DNA from: Escherichia phage NJ01
Sequence record: NC_018835.1
Strand: one strand, 5' to 3'
DNA length: 64,000 bases
Part shown: piece after piece, positions 1-9,283 of the stretch
Layout of the letters: every line of letters starts with the position of its first letter
Numbering within the stretch: position 1 is the first letter of the stretch
Made by a program: the position numbers and the translations under genes
The notes under the pieces: generated by a model
What the model was told of the DNA's origin: nothing
Databases searched by the model: none
Seen by the model: only the letters and a program-made list of their open reading frames with translations

Positions 1-359
1 CTTTCCAAGCCAAAAGTGTTGAGTGCGTTAATATTCTGAAACGTGAGATTCCAAATTGGGATGAAAACTTATATCAAAACTTAATGCAATATGCAATTGA
101 CTTAGGTGCTACTGAAGAAGAAGTATTGAAGGAAAACCGTCCGTCTATTTTCCTAGCTCTCCATAAAGCATACCAATTTGATAAAGGTAAGCAGCAGGTG
201 ATGGCTAAGATTAAACGTCCCGGTGCTCCACGCAAGGTTGTGAAGTCTGATGCTGCAAAGTCTCGTACTTCCAATAAGCCAGACAACGCTAAGGTTGCCA
301 AGGCATTCGCAGAGGGTCGCGTTAGTCACGAAGACGCATTCAAATTCCTCGTAGATTAA
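1..359 (+). CDS. hypothetical protein, 5'-partial (frame open to window start); possible scaffold/head-assembly protein by position
   Basis: Frame of track ORF 84..359 has no stop codon back to nt 3; lies directly upstream of capsid gene; basic C-terminus. Confidence 0.4.
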   Translation, partial: FQAKSVECVNILKREIPNWDENLYQNLMQYAIDLGATEEEVLKENRPSIFLALHKAYQFDKGKQQVMAKIKRPGAPRKVVKSDAAKSRTSNKPDNAKVAKAFAEGRVSHEDAFKFLVD

Positions 360-400
360 TCGACAAATTAATTATTTAATAGTATAGGAGCTAACATAAC

Positions 401-1462
401 ATGGCTAATCCAACTTTATTTGTATCGTATGACCAGAATGGTAAAAAACTTTCTTTTGCTAACTGGATTTCTGTTCTGTCCCCTCAGGATACTCCGTTCG
501 TATCTATGACCGGTAAAGAGTCTATCAACCAGACTATCTTTAGCTGGCAGACCGATGCACTGGCAAGCGTTGATGGTAATAACGCACACGTCGAAGGTTC
601 TCGTGCTGAAGACGGCGAAATGAAACCGACTGTTATCAAGTCTAACGTTACTCAGATTCTGCGTAAGGTTGTTCGTGTTTCTGACACTGCTAACACCACC
701 GCTAACTACGGTCGTGGTCGTGAACTGATGTATCAGCTGGAGAAGAAAGGTAAAGAGATCAAGCGTGACCTCGAGAAAATCCTTCTGTCCGGTCAGGCTC
801 GTACCGACGTTCTGGCTGACCAGTATCTGACTAACTCCGCAGCTGATCCGACTCAGATTGGTAAGAACGACACCCATGCAGCTCGTAAGACTGGTGCATT
901 CCAGTTCCTGTGTGCTCACGGCGGTCTGACTGGTGGCGTTGTTGACAAAACCAAGAATGGTCCTGCTGACCCAGATACCGGTGCTGTAACTGTTAAAGTT
1001 GCACAGAACGCTTCTAACCCGGCTACTAACATCGGTTTTGATGAAGCAGATATCTTTGATATGACTCTGCAACTTTACACCGCTGGTTCTGAAGCAGATA
1101 TCATCATGATTAACCCGGCTCATGCTAAGATCTTCGCTGGTCTGCAAGAAAACACTCAGGGTTCACGTAAGCGTATCTTTGAGAACACCAAGCAGTTCAT
1201 CTACGAAGTTAACAGCATCACTGACCCGCTGGGCCAGAGCTACAAAATCATCGTTAACCGTTGGATGCCTACCGATGCAGTTTACTTCTTCCGTAGCGCT
1301 GACTGGACCCAGATGGTTCTGCGTGCTCCGAAACGTACCGAACTGGCAAAAGATGGTTCTTACGAAAAATGGATGATTGAGATGGAAGTTGGTCTGCGTC
1401 ACCGCAACCCGTATGCTTCCGGTGTTCTGTTCACTGCTGCGGGAAAGGCAGTGGCGGCGTAA
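401..1462 (+). CDS. major capsid protein (short form)
   Basis: 353 aa; SD TAGGAG upstream of ATG 401; first complete gene of late + strand operon; 3' end contains slippery heptamer leading into Ig-like frame. Confidence 0.6.
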   Translation: MANPTLFVSYDQNGKKLSFANWISVLSPQDTPFVSMTGKESINQTIFSWQTDALASVDGNNAHVEGSRAEDGEMKPTVIKSNVTQILRKVVRVSDTANTTANYGRGRELMYQLEKKGKEIKRDLEKILLSGQARTDVLADQYLTNSAADPTQIGKNDTHAARKTGAFQFLCAHGGLTGGVVDKTKNGPADPDTGAVTVKVAQNASNPATNIGFDEADIFDMTLQLYTAGSEADIIMINPAHAKIFAGLQENTQGSRKRIFENTKQFIYEVNSITDPLGQSYKIIVNRWMPTDAVYFFRSADWTQMVLRAPKRTELAKDGSYEKWMIEMEVGLRHRNPYASGVLFTAAGKAVAA

Positions 1463-1989
1463 CAGTAGATACCATAACTGTTAGTCCTTCGTCGGTTGCA
1501 AGCCTTCCGACGGGGGCTACTCAGCAGTTTACAGCTACAGCACAAATGAGTGATAGCTCCACATCAACAACTGGATTTGTTTGGTCCGTTGAGGGTGGTG
1601 GGGCTATTTCTGTTTCTGGACTGTACACTGCACCGAGTGCGTCGCAAGAAACCCCGATCACAGTGAAAGCTACTAAAGGTGGTAAATCCGGTACATCTAC
1701 AATCTCAGCTATTGCTGACCCTGAACCTACAATTGTAAGTCGTGGTCCTATTGCTGGTAAAGTCGGTGGTTCTACTACTGCCTTCTCTACAATGTTTACT
1801 GTAACCAATTCTGCTGGTAGTGATTATGATTTTGTTGTAACCCCTACTGAAGCAGGTACTGTCAGTGCAGCTGGTCTTTTGACTCTTGCTGATGCTGCTA
1901 CTGGTACAGTCTCTGTTGCAGCTACACACAAGACTAAACCTCTTGTAACAGCCACTTGTGAATTCACAGGTGTTACCCCCAAAGCCTAA
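401..1989 (+). CDS. predicted capsid long form: capsid fused to C-terminal BIG2 Ig-like domains via -1 frameshift at 1441-1447
   Basis: -1 frame encodes Ig-like sequence (VTVDTITVSPSSVASLPTGATQQFTATAQ...) that begins upstream of the first ATG at 1546. Confidence 0.5.
1441..1447 (+). promoter_or_regulatory. putative -1 programmed ribosomal frameshift site (slippery heptamer G_GGA_AAG)
   Basis: GGGAAAG in X_XXY_YYZ register relative to capsid frame, 4 codons before capsid stop; -1 frame open 1381..1989. Confidence 0.5.
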
Positions 1990-1995
1990 AACTAA

Positions 1996-2024
1996 AGCTG
2001 CCTTCGGGTGGCTTTTCTTGTTTT
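1996..2024 (+). terminator. intrinsic terminator-like hairpin (UUCG loop) plus T-run
   Basis: agctgcc-ttcg-ggtggct stem-loop followed by ttttcttgtttt. Confidence 0.55.
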
Positions 2025-2046
2025 AAGACCTATACAAGCTAGTGTG

Positions 2047-2056
2047 TAATGTATAT
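2047..2056 (+). promoter_or_regulatory. TAATGTATAT motif, candidate phage middle/late promoter element
   Basis: Same motif also at 18879..18889; both ~33-35 nt upstream of an ATG with strong SD. Confidence 0.4.
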
Positions 2057-2088
2057 TCTTTGTCTACATATAACAAGGAGGACAACCT

Positions 2089-2841
2089 ATGGCGATGCCA
2101 GAAGTGCAAAACCCGATTAACACGTATGGCTGGCTTAAGAAAGCTGTTGCCTTGTGGGCCGATCGAGACGATGATGAATTTGTTAATCAAATTCCAAACT
2201 TTATTAACTTTGCAGAGAAAGAGATTTATCGTAACTTACGTATCCCTCCTCTGGAAAAAGAAGTGTATTTAGATATTAAAGATGGAGTAGCTTACATTCC
2301 TCCTGATTACTTAGAAGCTCAATGGATGATGAGAGCCAAAGATGGTACAATCTTCCAAGTAACATCTCCTGAAGAGATTAGCTATCGTAGACAGCATGGA
2401 ACAATTAACCCATCTCATTGGAATAACCAACCTGTTAACTTTGCTCGTTTCGGTAGTCGTTTCATTTTCTACCCTAGTATTGAAGCAGATACTCCTGTTT
2501 ATCCTGATGATGGAAGTCCTTTGATTCCAGCAGAAAACTCAGTAATTCTCAGTTATTATGCAGACCCACCGGAATTCCATGAAGATGCAGATACCAGTGC
2601 TATTCTTACTATTGCACCAGAACTTCTTCTGTATTTCACTCTACGTCACGCTTGCTTATTTGTTCAAGATGATAATGGAGTTCAGAAATGGTCTGCATTA
2701 GGAAAAGCTATCCTTGATGAAATGGTAGAACAGAATAAGAAACAAGAGTACTCAGGTTCACCTATCGCAATTCCGAATAACATGACTCGACTTCAGAGCA
2801 GCTTGCCTGACATTTATGGTATTCGTACTTCTCGTGTATAA
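2089..2841 (+). CDS. virion structural protein, function unknown
   Basis: 250 aa; SD AAGGAGG; between capsid and tail fiber genes. Confidence 0.5.
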   Translation: MAMPEVQNPINTYGWLKKAVALWADRDDDEFVNQIPNFINFAEKEIYRNLRIPPLEKEVYLDIKDGVAYIPPDYLEAQWMMRAKDGTIFQVTSPEEISYRRQHGTINPSHWNNQPVNFARFGSRFIFYPSIEADTPVYPDDGSPLIPAENSVILSYYADPPEFHEDADTSAILTIAPELLLYFTLRHACLFVQDDNGVQKWSALGKAILDEMVEQNKKQEYSGSPIAIPNNMTRLQSSLPDIYGIRTSRV

Positions 2842-2850
2842 GGAGATAAT

Positions 2851-5409
2851 ATGATCGTTTATAATAACCAAGCACCTGATGCAGTGAATAACGTTGGGCA
2901 GTTTGGTGCTACTGAAGGCTCTATCGGAGCTTACAAGCAAGCAGCAGAATACGCAGCTGACTCCAAATATTGGGCACTGCTAGCGGAATCTAAGTTTGGT
3001 ACAATTGATGACTTGATCGCTGAAGTAGAACGTCTGTATCAACAAGGTGTTCTGATGAAGCAGGATATTGAAGATCTTAAACAAGATTTTAAAGATCAAG
3101 ATGCTCGTCTTATGACCTTGATTGCCCAGACTAACGCAGCTGTTTCTGATGCGAATAACGCTGTTGCTTTAATCAATCAGAAACTTATTGAAGTCCAGAA
3201 TCAGCTTGACGTTCTGTTAGGAATGTCCGTTGATGTAACCACACTTCCTCCGGGAACTCCGGCTACTGGTTCTTTTAATCCTAACACTGGTGTAATCTCT
3301 CTAGGTATCCCAGAAGGCGAACCCGGAAAGGATGGTTCTGTTAAGGATTTAGACACAGCTCCTACTGGTGTTCCAGAGCTAGGTGATTTAGGTTTCTATG
3401 TTGACAAAGATGACAATACCGTCCACAAAACTACTCTAGATAACATTGCTAACTTAATCCCATCTGTTCGTTCTGTCTCTATTAACGGCGGTCCAGCTCT
3501 TGATGGAGAGGTTGCTCTAATACTTAACAAAGAGACGGTAGGTTTAGGAAATGTTCTGAACGTCGCTCAGTACAGTCGTCAAGAGATTAATGACAAATTT
3601 GACAAGACTACCAAGACATACCAATCAAAAGCAGAAGCTGATGCTGATGCTCAGTATCGTCAAGTAGGTGAGAAAGTTTTAGTTTGGGAAGCTACTAAGT
3701 ATGAATTCTATACTGTTGCTGCTAACAAAACACTGACTCCTGTTAAAACTGAAGGTAGAATTCTTACCGTTAACTCTCGCTCTCCAGACTCAAGCGGTAA
3801 TATCGATATCACGATTCCAACAGGTAACCCGTCTTTGTATCTTGGTGAAATGGTAATGTTCCCTTACGACCCATCTAAGAATATCTCCTACCCAGGAGTT
3901 CTTCCTGCTGATGGTCGTCTGGTATCAAAAGAATCTGCTCTCGACTTAGGCCCATCTCTTGTCAGTGGTCAGCTTCCTGTAGTCTCTGAAACTGAATGGC
4001 AAGCAGGGTCTAAACAATATTTCTCATGGGGTAAGCTAGCAGATGGGATTACTGATGCGGATTCTACTAATTTCATCAATATTCGACTTCCTGATTGGAC
4101 TGGAGGGGAGGCAATAAGAGCACCAGATTCTGATAAAGATTCTCAATACAATGGGTCTGTACAGGCTCAGAAACCTTATGTTGTCACGGTAAATAACCAA
4201 GCTCCTGATGAGATTACAGGGAACGTAACCCTCTCCAGATCTATCTTGGGAGCAGCTTCTTCTGGTGCAAACTCTGATATAACATCCCTGACAGGACTCA
4301 CTACAGCTCTCTCTATCGCTCAAGGTGGTACAGGAGGGAAAACTCCATCTGAAGCTAGGGCAAACCTAAATCTTGAAAGATTTCAACAAGACAACTCGCA
4401 GACTTTGATATATTCTCCTGATTATGCCCGTCGTGTTTATGTTGACAACACTGGTGGTTCTTGGGGGTGCCAGAACGTAACAGATGGCGGTTTTATTGCT
4501 CTTGGTATTCCTCAAGGGGGTACAGGGGCTAAGGATGCTGCTGGTGCACGAAGTAATCTCGGTTTGGGTTCAGTGTCCACACTAAACAATATACCCGTAG
4601 CTAATGGAGGTACTGGAGCAACTACTGCTGCTGGTGCTCGTTCCAACTTAGGTCTTGGGAGTGTTTCTACTCTGGATAATGTACCTATTGCTAATGGTGG
4701 GACAGGGGCAGCTGATGCTGCTGGTGCAAGGTTTAATATTGGAGCACTAAGCAGCACCCCAGCAAATACAGGTGTTGGTGGTACTGGTAATCGCGTCCAA
4801 CATGCATCCGGGAATGGCCTGTTTACTTTAGACATGTTTAACTGCTACTGGTATATGCAGCCAGAGGATACTAACTTCTGGGTTGCCCACAGTGTATCAT
4901 ATGCAGGATCTGGTGGCGAAGCCTCTGGATACGGTCGTATAACTTACGCAATAAAGATTGCAGATGGAACAACAAAATATGTCCATTGTCTTACAAACAA
5001 AAATACTATTACCGATGTAAGCGGTTTTATCAAAGCGGCATCTCCGGTAGTTAATATTTACGCCAACGGTCGATATGAGACGAACGATGAATCTGAGGGG
5101 GTCAATGTCATTCGGCAAGGTGTCGGTGAGTATTTGATTACCGGTTGCCTCGGCTTAAACGCAGATGCAAAATGGGGAGGTATCGACGGCGGCTTTGAAA
5201 TCCCTATTGACCGCAACAAACAGCCTAGGGTTTGGCTTGATTATGAGGTTAAAGAAGATGGTTCTATTTTAGTCAAGACCTATCACAGAACCCATTCAAC
5301 ATCCCCAGTTTTTGCTAGAAACGAGTTGGAAGGTTTTTCTGACGGTGACCCAATCGATATCCCTGCTGATGCTTTCATATCAGTTCGTGTTGAAATGCCT
5401 TCTAAATGA
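2851..5409 (+). CDS. tail fiber protein with tandem fiber repeats
   Basis: 852 aa; three ~30-aa repeats (GGTGA..AAGAR.NLGLGSVSTL.N.P.ANGGTGA); SD AAGGAG. Confidence 0.7.
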   Translation: MIVYNNQAPDAVNNVGQFGATEGSIGAYKQAAEYAADSKYWALLAESKFGTIDDLIAEVERLYQQGVLMKQDIEDLKQDFKDQDARLMTLIAQTNAAVSDANNAVALINQKLIEVQNQLDVLLGMSVDVTTLPPGTPATGSFNPNTGVISLGIPEGEPGKDGSVKDLDTAPTGVPELGDLGFYVDKDDNTVHKTTLDNIANLIPSVRSVSINGGPALDGEVALILNKETVGLGNVLNVAQYSRQEINDKFDKTTKTYQSKAEADADAQYRQVGEKVLVWEATKYEFYTVAANKTLTPVKTEGRILTVNSRSPDSSGNIDITIPTGNPSLYLGEMVMFPYDPSKNISYPGVLPADGRLVSKESALDLGPSLVSGQLPVVSETEWQAGSKQYFSWGKLADGITDADSTNFINIRLPDWTGGEAIRAPDSDKDSQYNGSVQAQKPYVVTVNNQAPDEITGNVTLSRSILGAASSGANSDITSLTGLTTALSIAQGGTGGKTPSEARANLNLERFQQDNSQTLIYSPDYARRVYVDNTGGSWGCQNVTDGGFIALGIPQGGTGAKDAAGARSNLGLGSVSTLNNIPVANGGTGATTAAGARSNLGLGSVSTLDNVPIANGGTGAADAAGARFNIGALSSTPANTGVGGTGNRVQHASGNGLFTLDMFNCYWYMQPEDTNFWVAHSVSYAGSGGEASGYGRITYAIKIADGTTKYVHCLTNKNTITDVSGFIKAASPVVNIYANGRYETNDESEGVNVIRQGVGEYLITGCLGLNADAKWGGIDGGFEIPIDRNKQPRVWLDYEVKEDGSILVKTYHRTHSTSPVFARNELEGFSDGDPIDIPADAFISVRVEMPSK

Positions 5410-5418
5410 AACAAGAAT

Positions 5419-5434
5419 GCTCCCTTCGGGGAGC
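5419..5434 (+). other. intercistronic GC-rich hairpin with UUCG tetraloop
   Basis: gctccc-ttcg-gggagc perfect stem; short T-run only. Confidence 0.4.
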
Positions 5435-5449
5435 TTTAAGGAGAAATAA

Positions 5450-7627
5450 ATGTCTAGAGAATTAATGCCCAAATCTGGTATAATGATGCCTCATGTAGTA
5501 GTAACCAGAGATGCGGCTGTTGTTGGTGTTTCTACGGTAGATGGTCAGGCAGGAGCTGTGAATCTGACTGATAAATATTTACAGAAAACTGACGCAGCTG
5601 CTACATACCAGACTAAAGTGGAAGGAGCATCTAAAGATTTTGTACTGGATTCGATTCAACCTATTATGTCTGGTGCTTTATTCAGAGCAGACCCTTGGGT
5701 TGTTAACGACACCCCTCTCCGTTCTACCGGAGCTAACGGTGTAGAGTCAGTGGATATGATGAAGGTTACTCCTGATAACTCAATTAAGATTGGCAGTTAT
5801 GCTTCTTCTGTTCAAGGAGTAGAGATTCATTCTGCTGGTCGTCTTCAAGTAGTAGACCAGAACGACTCTGGTGTAGAAACTAAATATCCAGTATATTCTA
5901 AACGCTATCGTCCTGAGATTGAGGATCTGCCTTTCGCTGCAATTGGTTCTTATGTCAAAGATTCAAAGGGCCGTACTATTGGTGTAAACCGTACCGGTAT
6001 CAACTCTGATATCAAACAACTCACCCAAAAGGTCACTTTTACCCAACCTGTTACTGTAGCAGATGCTGTAGGCGATTATGATGCAGTGACACTGAGACAG
6101 CTTCGTAATAGTGGTGGTGGTTCTGGTGGTCCTACTATGAGTGGTATCTCCAACTTTGGTATTGGTGATTTCCATCTTCGTGATAGTCGTGCTTTCATCC
6201 CTGCATTCGAAGTTGTATCAGATGGTCAGCTACTGAATCGTGCTGATTACCCTGATCTTTGGGCTTATGCCCAGTTGTTAACCCCTATCACAGATGCTGC
6301 TTGGTTGGCTGATGCACAGCAACGAGGTAAATATTCAACTGGTGATGGTTCTACTACCTTCCGTGTTCCTGATAGGAATGGTGTTCAGAGTGGCTCTCTG
6401 AAAGAACTCTTTGCTCGTGGTGATGGTGGTAATAGTAGTAATAATGGAATGGCTTATGATGCGGCACTTCCTAACATCGTAGGTTACACTGCCCACACTC
6501 TTTTAACTGCTGCGAGTAATCAAGGACAGGTTGCTACCGATGGAGCTTTTACCTCTACAACCTCAACCTCAGGTGTTTGGCCTTTGTCTGGCGGTGGCGG
6601 TCTTTATACCAACATTCAGCTTAACGCTAACAACAGTGATGCTACTTATGGTCGCTACGGAATCACAGCGAATGCTATCCCTCGTAACTTCATTGGTGTT
6701 TGGACTATCCGTGCTCATGGTGGTTTTGTAGCAGCTAACACTTCTTGGTCTGTTATTAACAGTGATGCTTCAGAACAACCTTCAGGTACTCCTATTACTG
6801 GTGGATTGGTTTCTTCTAAGTATGTAGTTGGAGGTGTGGATAAGTATCGGTCTTCTATCCAGTTGATAGGGTCTAATGAAGTTGATTTATCAACTAGAAT
6901 TACGACTATAAATGATAGATATTCCATCGGGGCTGCAACTTGGGATTTTAAGTTAGATGGTAAACTTGTTTTTAATAAAAGTTTAAATCCTACCGGAACA
7001 GGATACTCCCCTGCTAACACCTACGTAACTCTTGCTAATACTTGGCTGACTTCTCCCTATAGTGGATACGTTGGTTTTGTTGGTGGCGGTGTTGGAGTTT
7101 CTAACGGAGGTTGGAGAAACTTCATCTCTTTAGGGTCTTTGATTTTCCCTGATTCAGCCCACCCTACTGCTATTATCTCTCAAGTGTATGATTACGATAT
7201 GGCGACCGGGAACCAGCCTAATGGGGACATTGTTCGGAATACATCGTTCAATGCTGAGAGCTATGATATCACTTTCGGGAACAACAGTGGGACTACTAAT
7301 TACATCTTCAGTAAATCTCCAGTCTCTGACGAGCGTCTAAAACATAGCATCAAAGAGGAGGGGACAGCCACAGCTCTTTCTAACCTAAACAAGATGGAGT
7401 ATAAAACCTTTATCTATAATTATGATGAGAAAGCAACTGTAAGGCGTGGATTTATTGCCCAGCAACTTGAAGCTATTGACCCTCAATATGTTAGGAAGTA
7501 TAAAACCTTCAAAGGTACTGATACTCTAGCTTTAGATGAGAATGTGTTGCTTTTAGATGCAATTGCTGCTATCCAAGAGCTTTCTAAAAAGGTTGAGGCT
7601 TTAGAAGCAAAACTAGCAGAGAAGTAA
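5450..7627 (+). CDS. tail fiber/tailspike with C-terminal intramolecular chaperone (peptidase S74-like) domain
   Basis: 725 aa; C-terminus SDERLKHSIKEE...IAQQLEAIDPQYV resembles self-cleaving chaperone domains of phage fibers. Confidence 0.7.
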   Translation: MSRELMPKSGIMMPHVVVTRDAAVVGVSTVDGQAGAVNLTDKYLQKTDAAATYQTKVEGASKDFVLDSIQPIMSGALFRADPWVVNDTPLRSTGANGVESVDMMKVTPDNSIKIGSYASSVQGVEIHSAGRLQVVDQNDSGVETKYPVYSKRYRPEIEDLPFAAIGSYVKDSKGRTIGVNRTGINSDIKQLTQKVTFTQPVTVADAVGDYDAVTLRQLRNSGGGSGGPTMSGISNFGIGDFHLRDSRAFIPAFEVVSDGQLLNRADYPDLWAYAQLLTPITDAAWLADAQQRGKYSTGDGSTTFRVPDRNGVQSGSLKELFARGDGGNSSNNGMAYDAALPNIVGYTAHTLLTAASNQGQVATDGAFTSTTSTSGVWPLSGGGGLYTNIQLNANNSDATYGRYGITANAIPRNFIGVWTIRAHGGFVAANTSWSVINSDASEQPSGTPITGGLVSSKYVVGGVDKYRSSIQLIGSNEVDLSTRITTINDRYSIGAATWDFKLDGKLVFNKSLNPTGTGYSPANTYVTLANTWLTSPYSGYVGFVGGGVGVSNGGWRNFISLGSLIFPDSAHPTAIISQVYDYDMATGNQPNGDIVRNTSFNAESYDITFGNNSGTTNYIFSKSPVSDERLKHSIKEEGTATALSNLNKMEYKTFIYNYDEKATVRRGFIAQQLEAIDPQYVRKYKTFKGTDTLALDENVLLLDAIAAIQELSKKVEALEAKLAEK

Positions 7628-7631
7628 GATA

Positions 7632-7647
7632 AGCCCCTTCGGGGGCT
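7632..7647 (+). other. intercistronic GC-rich hairpin with UUCG tetraloop
   Basis: agcccc-ttcg-ggggct perfect stem after fiber gene. Confidence 0.4.
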
Positions 7648-7719
7648 TTAGTAGTAAGTACCCTTAGTAAGTAATGAAACTAATATATCCCAAGAGGTTA
7701 ATATATAGGAGACACTCAA

Positions 7720-7938
7720 ATGAAAATGATGAAACAAGCTGCATACGGTTTAATCTGTTTAGGTGCAGGTGTTGTGGTGTCAACCGCAGTTCCTGTAAGC
7801 GCAGTTCATCCATTAGTAACTGTCCCTGCTCCAGTAGAGAAGCTTAGCTCTCAATGTAAGCAGAGAACAATTCAAAATAACCTAGTTGTTATTTGTCCTG
7901 ATGCTGAATCTAACGCTCTGAGAAAGATACTACCTTAA
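7720..7938 (+). CDS. small secreted protein (predicted signal peptide)
   Basis: 72 aa; N-terminal MKMMKQAAYGLICLGAGVVVSTAVPVSA hydrophobic signal; SD GGAGA. Confidence 0.45.
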   Translation: MKMMKQAAYGLICLGAGVVVSTAVPVSAVHPLVTVPAPVEKLSSQCKQRTIQNNLVVICPDAESNALRKILP

Positions 7939-7966
7939 TTTAAAGGGACCACAAAGGAGGTTAGAA

Positions 7967-8458
7967 ATGGATAACGCCGCATTGCCACCTGTACAACTAA
8001 ACTTAAGCCCAGCTGGAATGGAATTCATCATGAAGCATGAGGGTATGAGAACCAAGGCTTATAAAGATTCCGCAGGTATCTGGACTATATGTGTAGGGGC
8101 TACGCGCGATATGAATGGTTATCCGGTTAGACAAGGATTAACGTATTCTATAGAGGATTGTCTAGCTCTGCTAGATAGAGACACACAAGACTCTGTTCGT
8201 GCTACTCAGAAGAACATAAAGGTTCCTTTACTAGTTCATGAGTTTGATGCACTCACTTCTTTCAACTTCAATGTTGGCAGTGGTGCTTTGAGAACATCTA
8301 AGTTAAGGAAGGTTATCAATGGAGAAGTGAAAGGGGATGTTTATTCCGAATTTCTTCGTTGGGATAAAATAACGGTCAGGGGAGAAAAGCAGAGAAGTCA
8401 GGGTCTTCATAACAGAAGGGTTGCAGAAGCTGATCTTTACACTGAAGGTAAATATTAA
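7967..8458 (+). CDS. endolysin, T4-lysozyme-like (GH24) muramidase
   Basis: 163 aa; E-9aa-D-6aa-T catalytic spacing in MKHEGMRTKAYKDSAGIWTICVGAT; SD AAGGAGG. Confidence 0.85.
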   Translation: MDNAALPPVQLNLSPAGMEFIMKHEGMRTKAYKDSAGIWTICVGATRDMNGYPVRQGLTYSIEDCLALLDRDTQDSVRATQKNIKVPLLVHEFDALTSFNFNVGSGALRTSKLRKVINGEVKGDVYSEFLRWDKITVRGEKQRSQGLHNRRVAEADLYTEGKY

Positions 8459-8470
8459 TGGAGGTGCCTT

Positions 8471-9274
8471 TTGGCTATCGAAACTAATGCGGTAGTTATT
8501 ACCGACTTAAACCCACTCTATCCTAGAGACAGGGATTACATCTACGAAGGGGCGGCTCAAATCCGCCTCATTAAACAAACACTACAGAATACATTCCCCA
8601 ATGTTACAGAACCAGTTGATATAGATTCTGATACCTTTAAGATTATGTCAGAGAAGCTCAAGTTTACTGGCGATGCAATGGATGTTGGTGGTCTGATGAT
8701 TAAGAACGTCACTCCGGGGACTGGTGACAGGGATGTTGTTACTAAAGGTCAGATGGAAGCGTTCATGAAGAACTGGATGGAGAATAAGCTCTATCGAATT
8801 GGCTCTTACTATATCACTGAAGAAGATATTAACCCCGGTGACTCGATCTCCCTAGGGTTTGGTTCTTGGGCTAAAGTTACTGGTGTTATCATGGGTACTG
8901 GTGTTGTAAACCCTGATGGCTCTGTTCCTAATGCTCAGAGGGTTGAGTTCCAAGCAGGTGGTACTGGTGGTCGTGTCTTCAATACTATTCGTACAGAGAA
9001 CGTACCTTTGATGACAGTTAATGGCTCCAGCTTCTCCTTATCCAGCAACACCCATAGTCACAACATGGTGTTTGGTCGTGGAGATGCTAGTGGTCATAAC
9101 AGCTCGCCTAACTGGTACAGTCCGGGTGGTGGTTACAGTCAGAGAACAGAGAATGATACACACTCTCATACAATCTCTGGTAGTGTGAGTCTTGGTCGTG
9201 ATGACATTTCTCGTCAACCTATCAACACTTTGCCACCATTCAGATCGGCTCACATTTGGAGACGTATTAGCTAA
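8471..9274 (+). CDS. virion-associated protein, function unknown (TTG start)
   Basis: 267 aa; GGAGG 5 nt upstream of TTG; within structural operon. Confidence 0.45.
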   Translation: MAIETNAVVITDLNPLYPRDRDYIYEGAAQIRLIKQTLQNTFPNVTEPVDIDSDTFKIMSEKLKFTGDAMDVGGLMIKNVTPGTGDRDVVTKGQMEAFMKNWMENKLYRIGSYYITEEDINPGDSISLGFGSWAKVTGVIMGTGVVNPDGSVPNAQRVEFQAGGTGGRVFNTIRTENVPLMTVNGSSFSLSSNTHSHNMVFGRGDASGHNSSPNWYSPGGGYSQRTENDTHSHTISGSVSLGRDDISRQPINTLPPFRSAHIWRRIS

Positions 9275-9283
9275 GGAGGAATT

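Noticed and set aside
416-1147. 243-aa minus-strand ORF inside the capsid gene, and similar antisense ORFs in the structural module (1163..1402, 1521..1808, 4036..4323, 4512..4835, 9928..10143, 17976..18497, 20340..20843)
   Set aside because: They lie antisense to long, well-supported + strand genes with strong SDs; low-complexity translations; typical shadow ORFs.
1546-1989. Ig-like ORF as an independent gene starting at ATG 1546
   Set aside because: The Ig-like domain sequence begins ~20 codons upstream of this ATG in the same frame and there is no SD; better explained as a -1 frameshift extension of the capsid protein.
4500-4760. Tandem nucleotide repeats (GGTGGTACTGG... units), checked as possible CRISPR or satellite repeat
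   Set aside because: Repeats are in frame within the tail fiber gene and encode the ~30-aa fiber repeat; no spacer/repeat structure.
8458-8487. ATG overlapping the endolysin stop as start of the next gene
   Set aside because: That frame terminates after 9 codons; the long ORF is in another frame and starts at TTG 8471 behind GGAGG.
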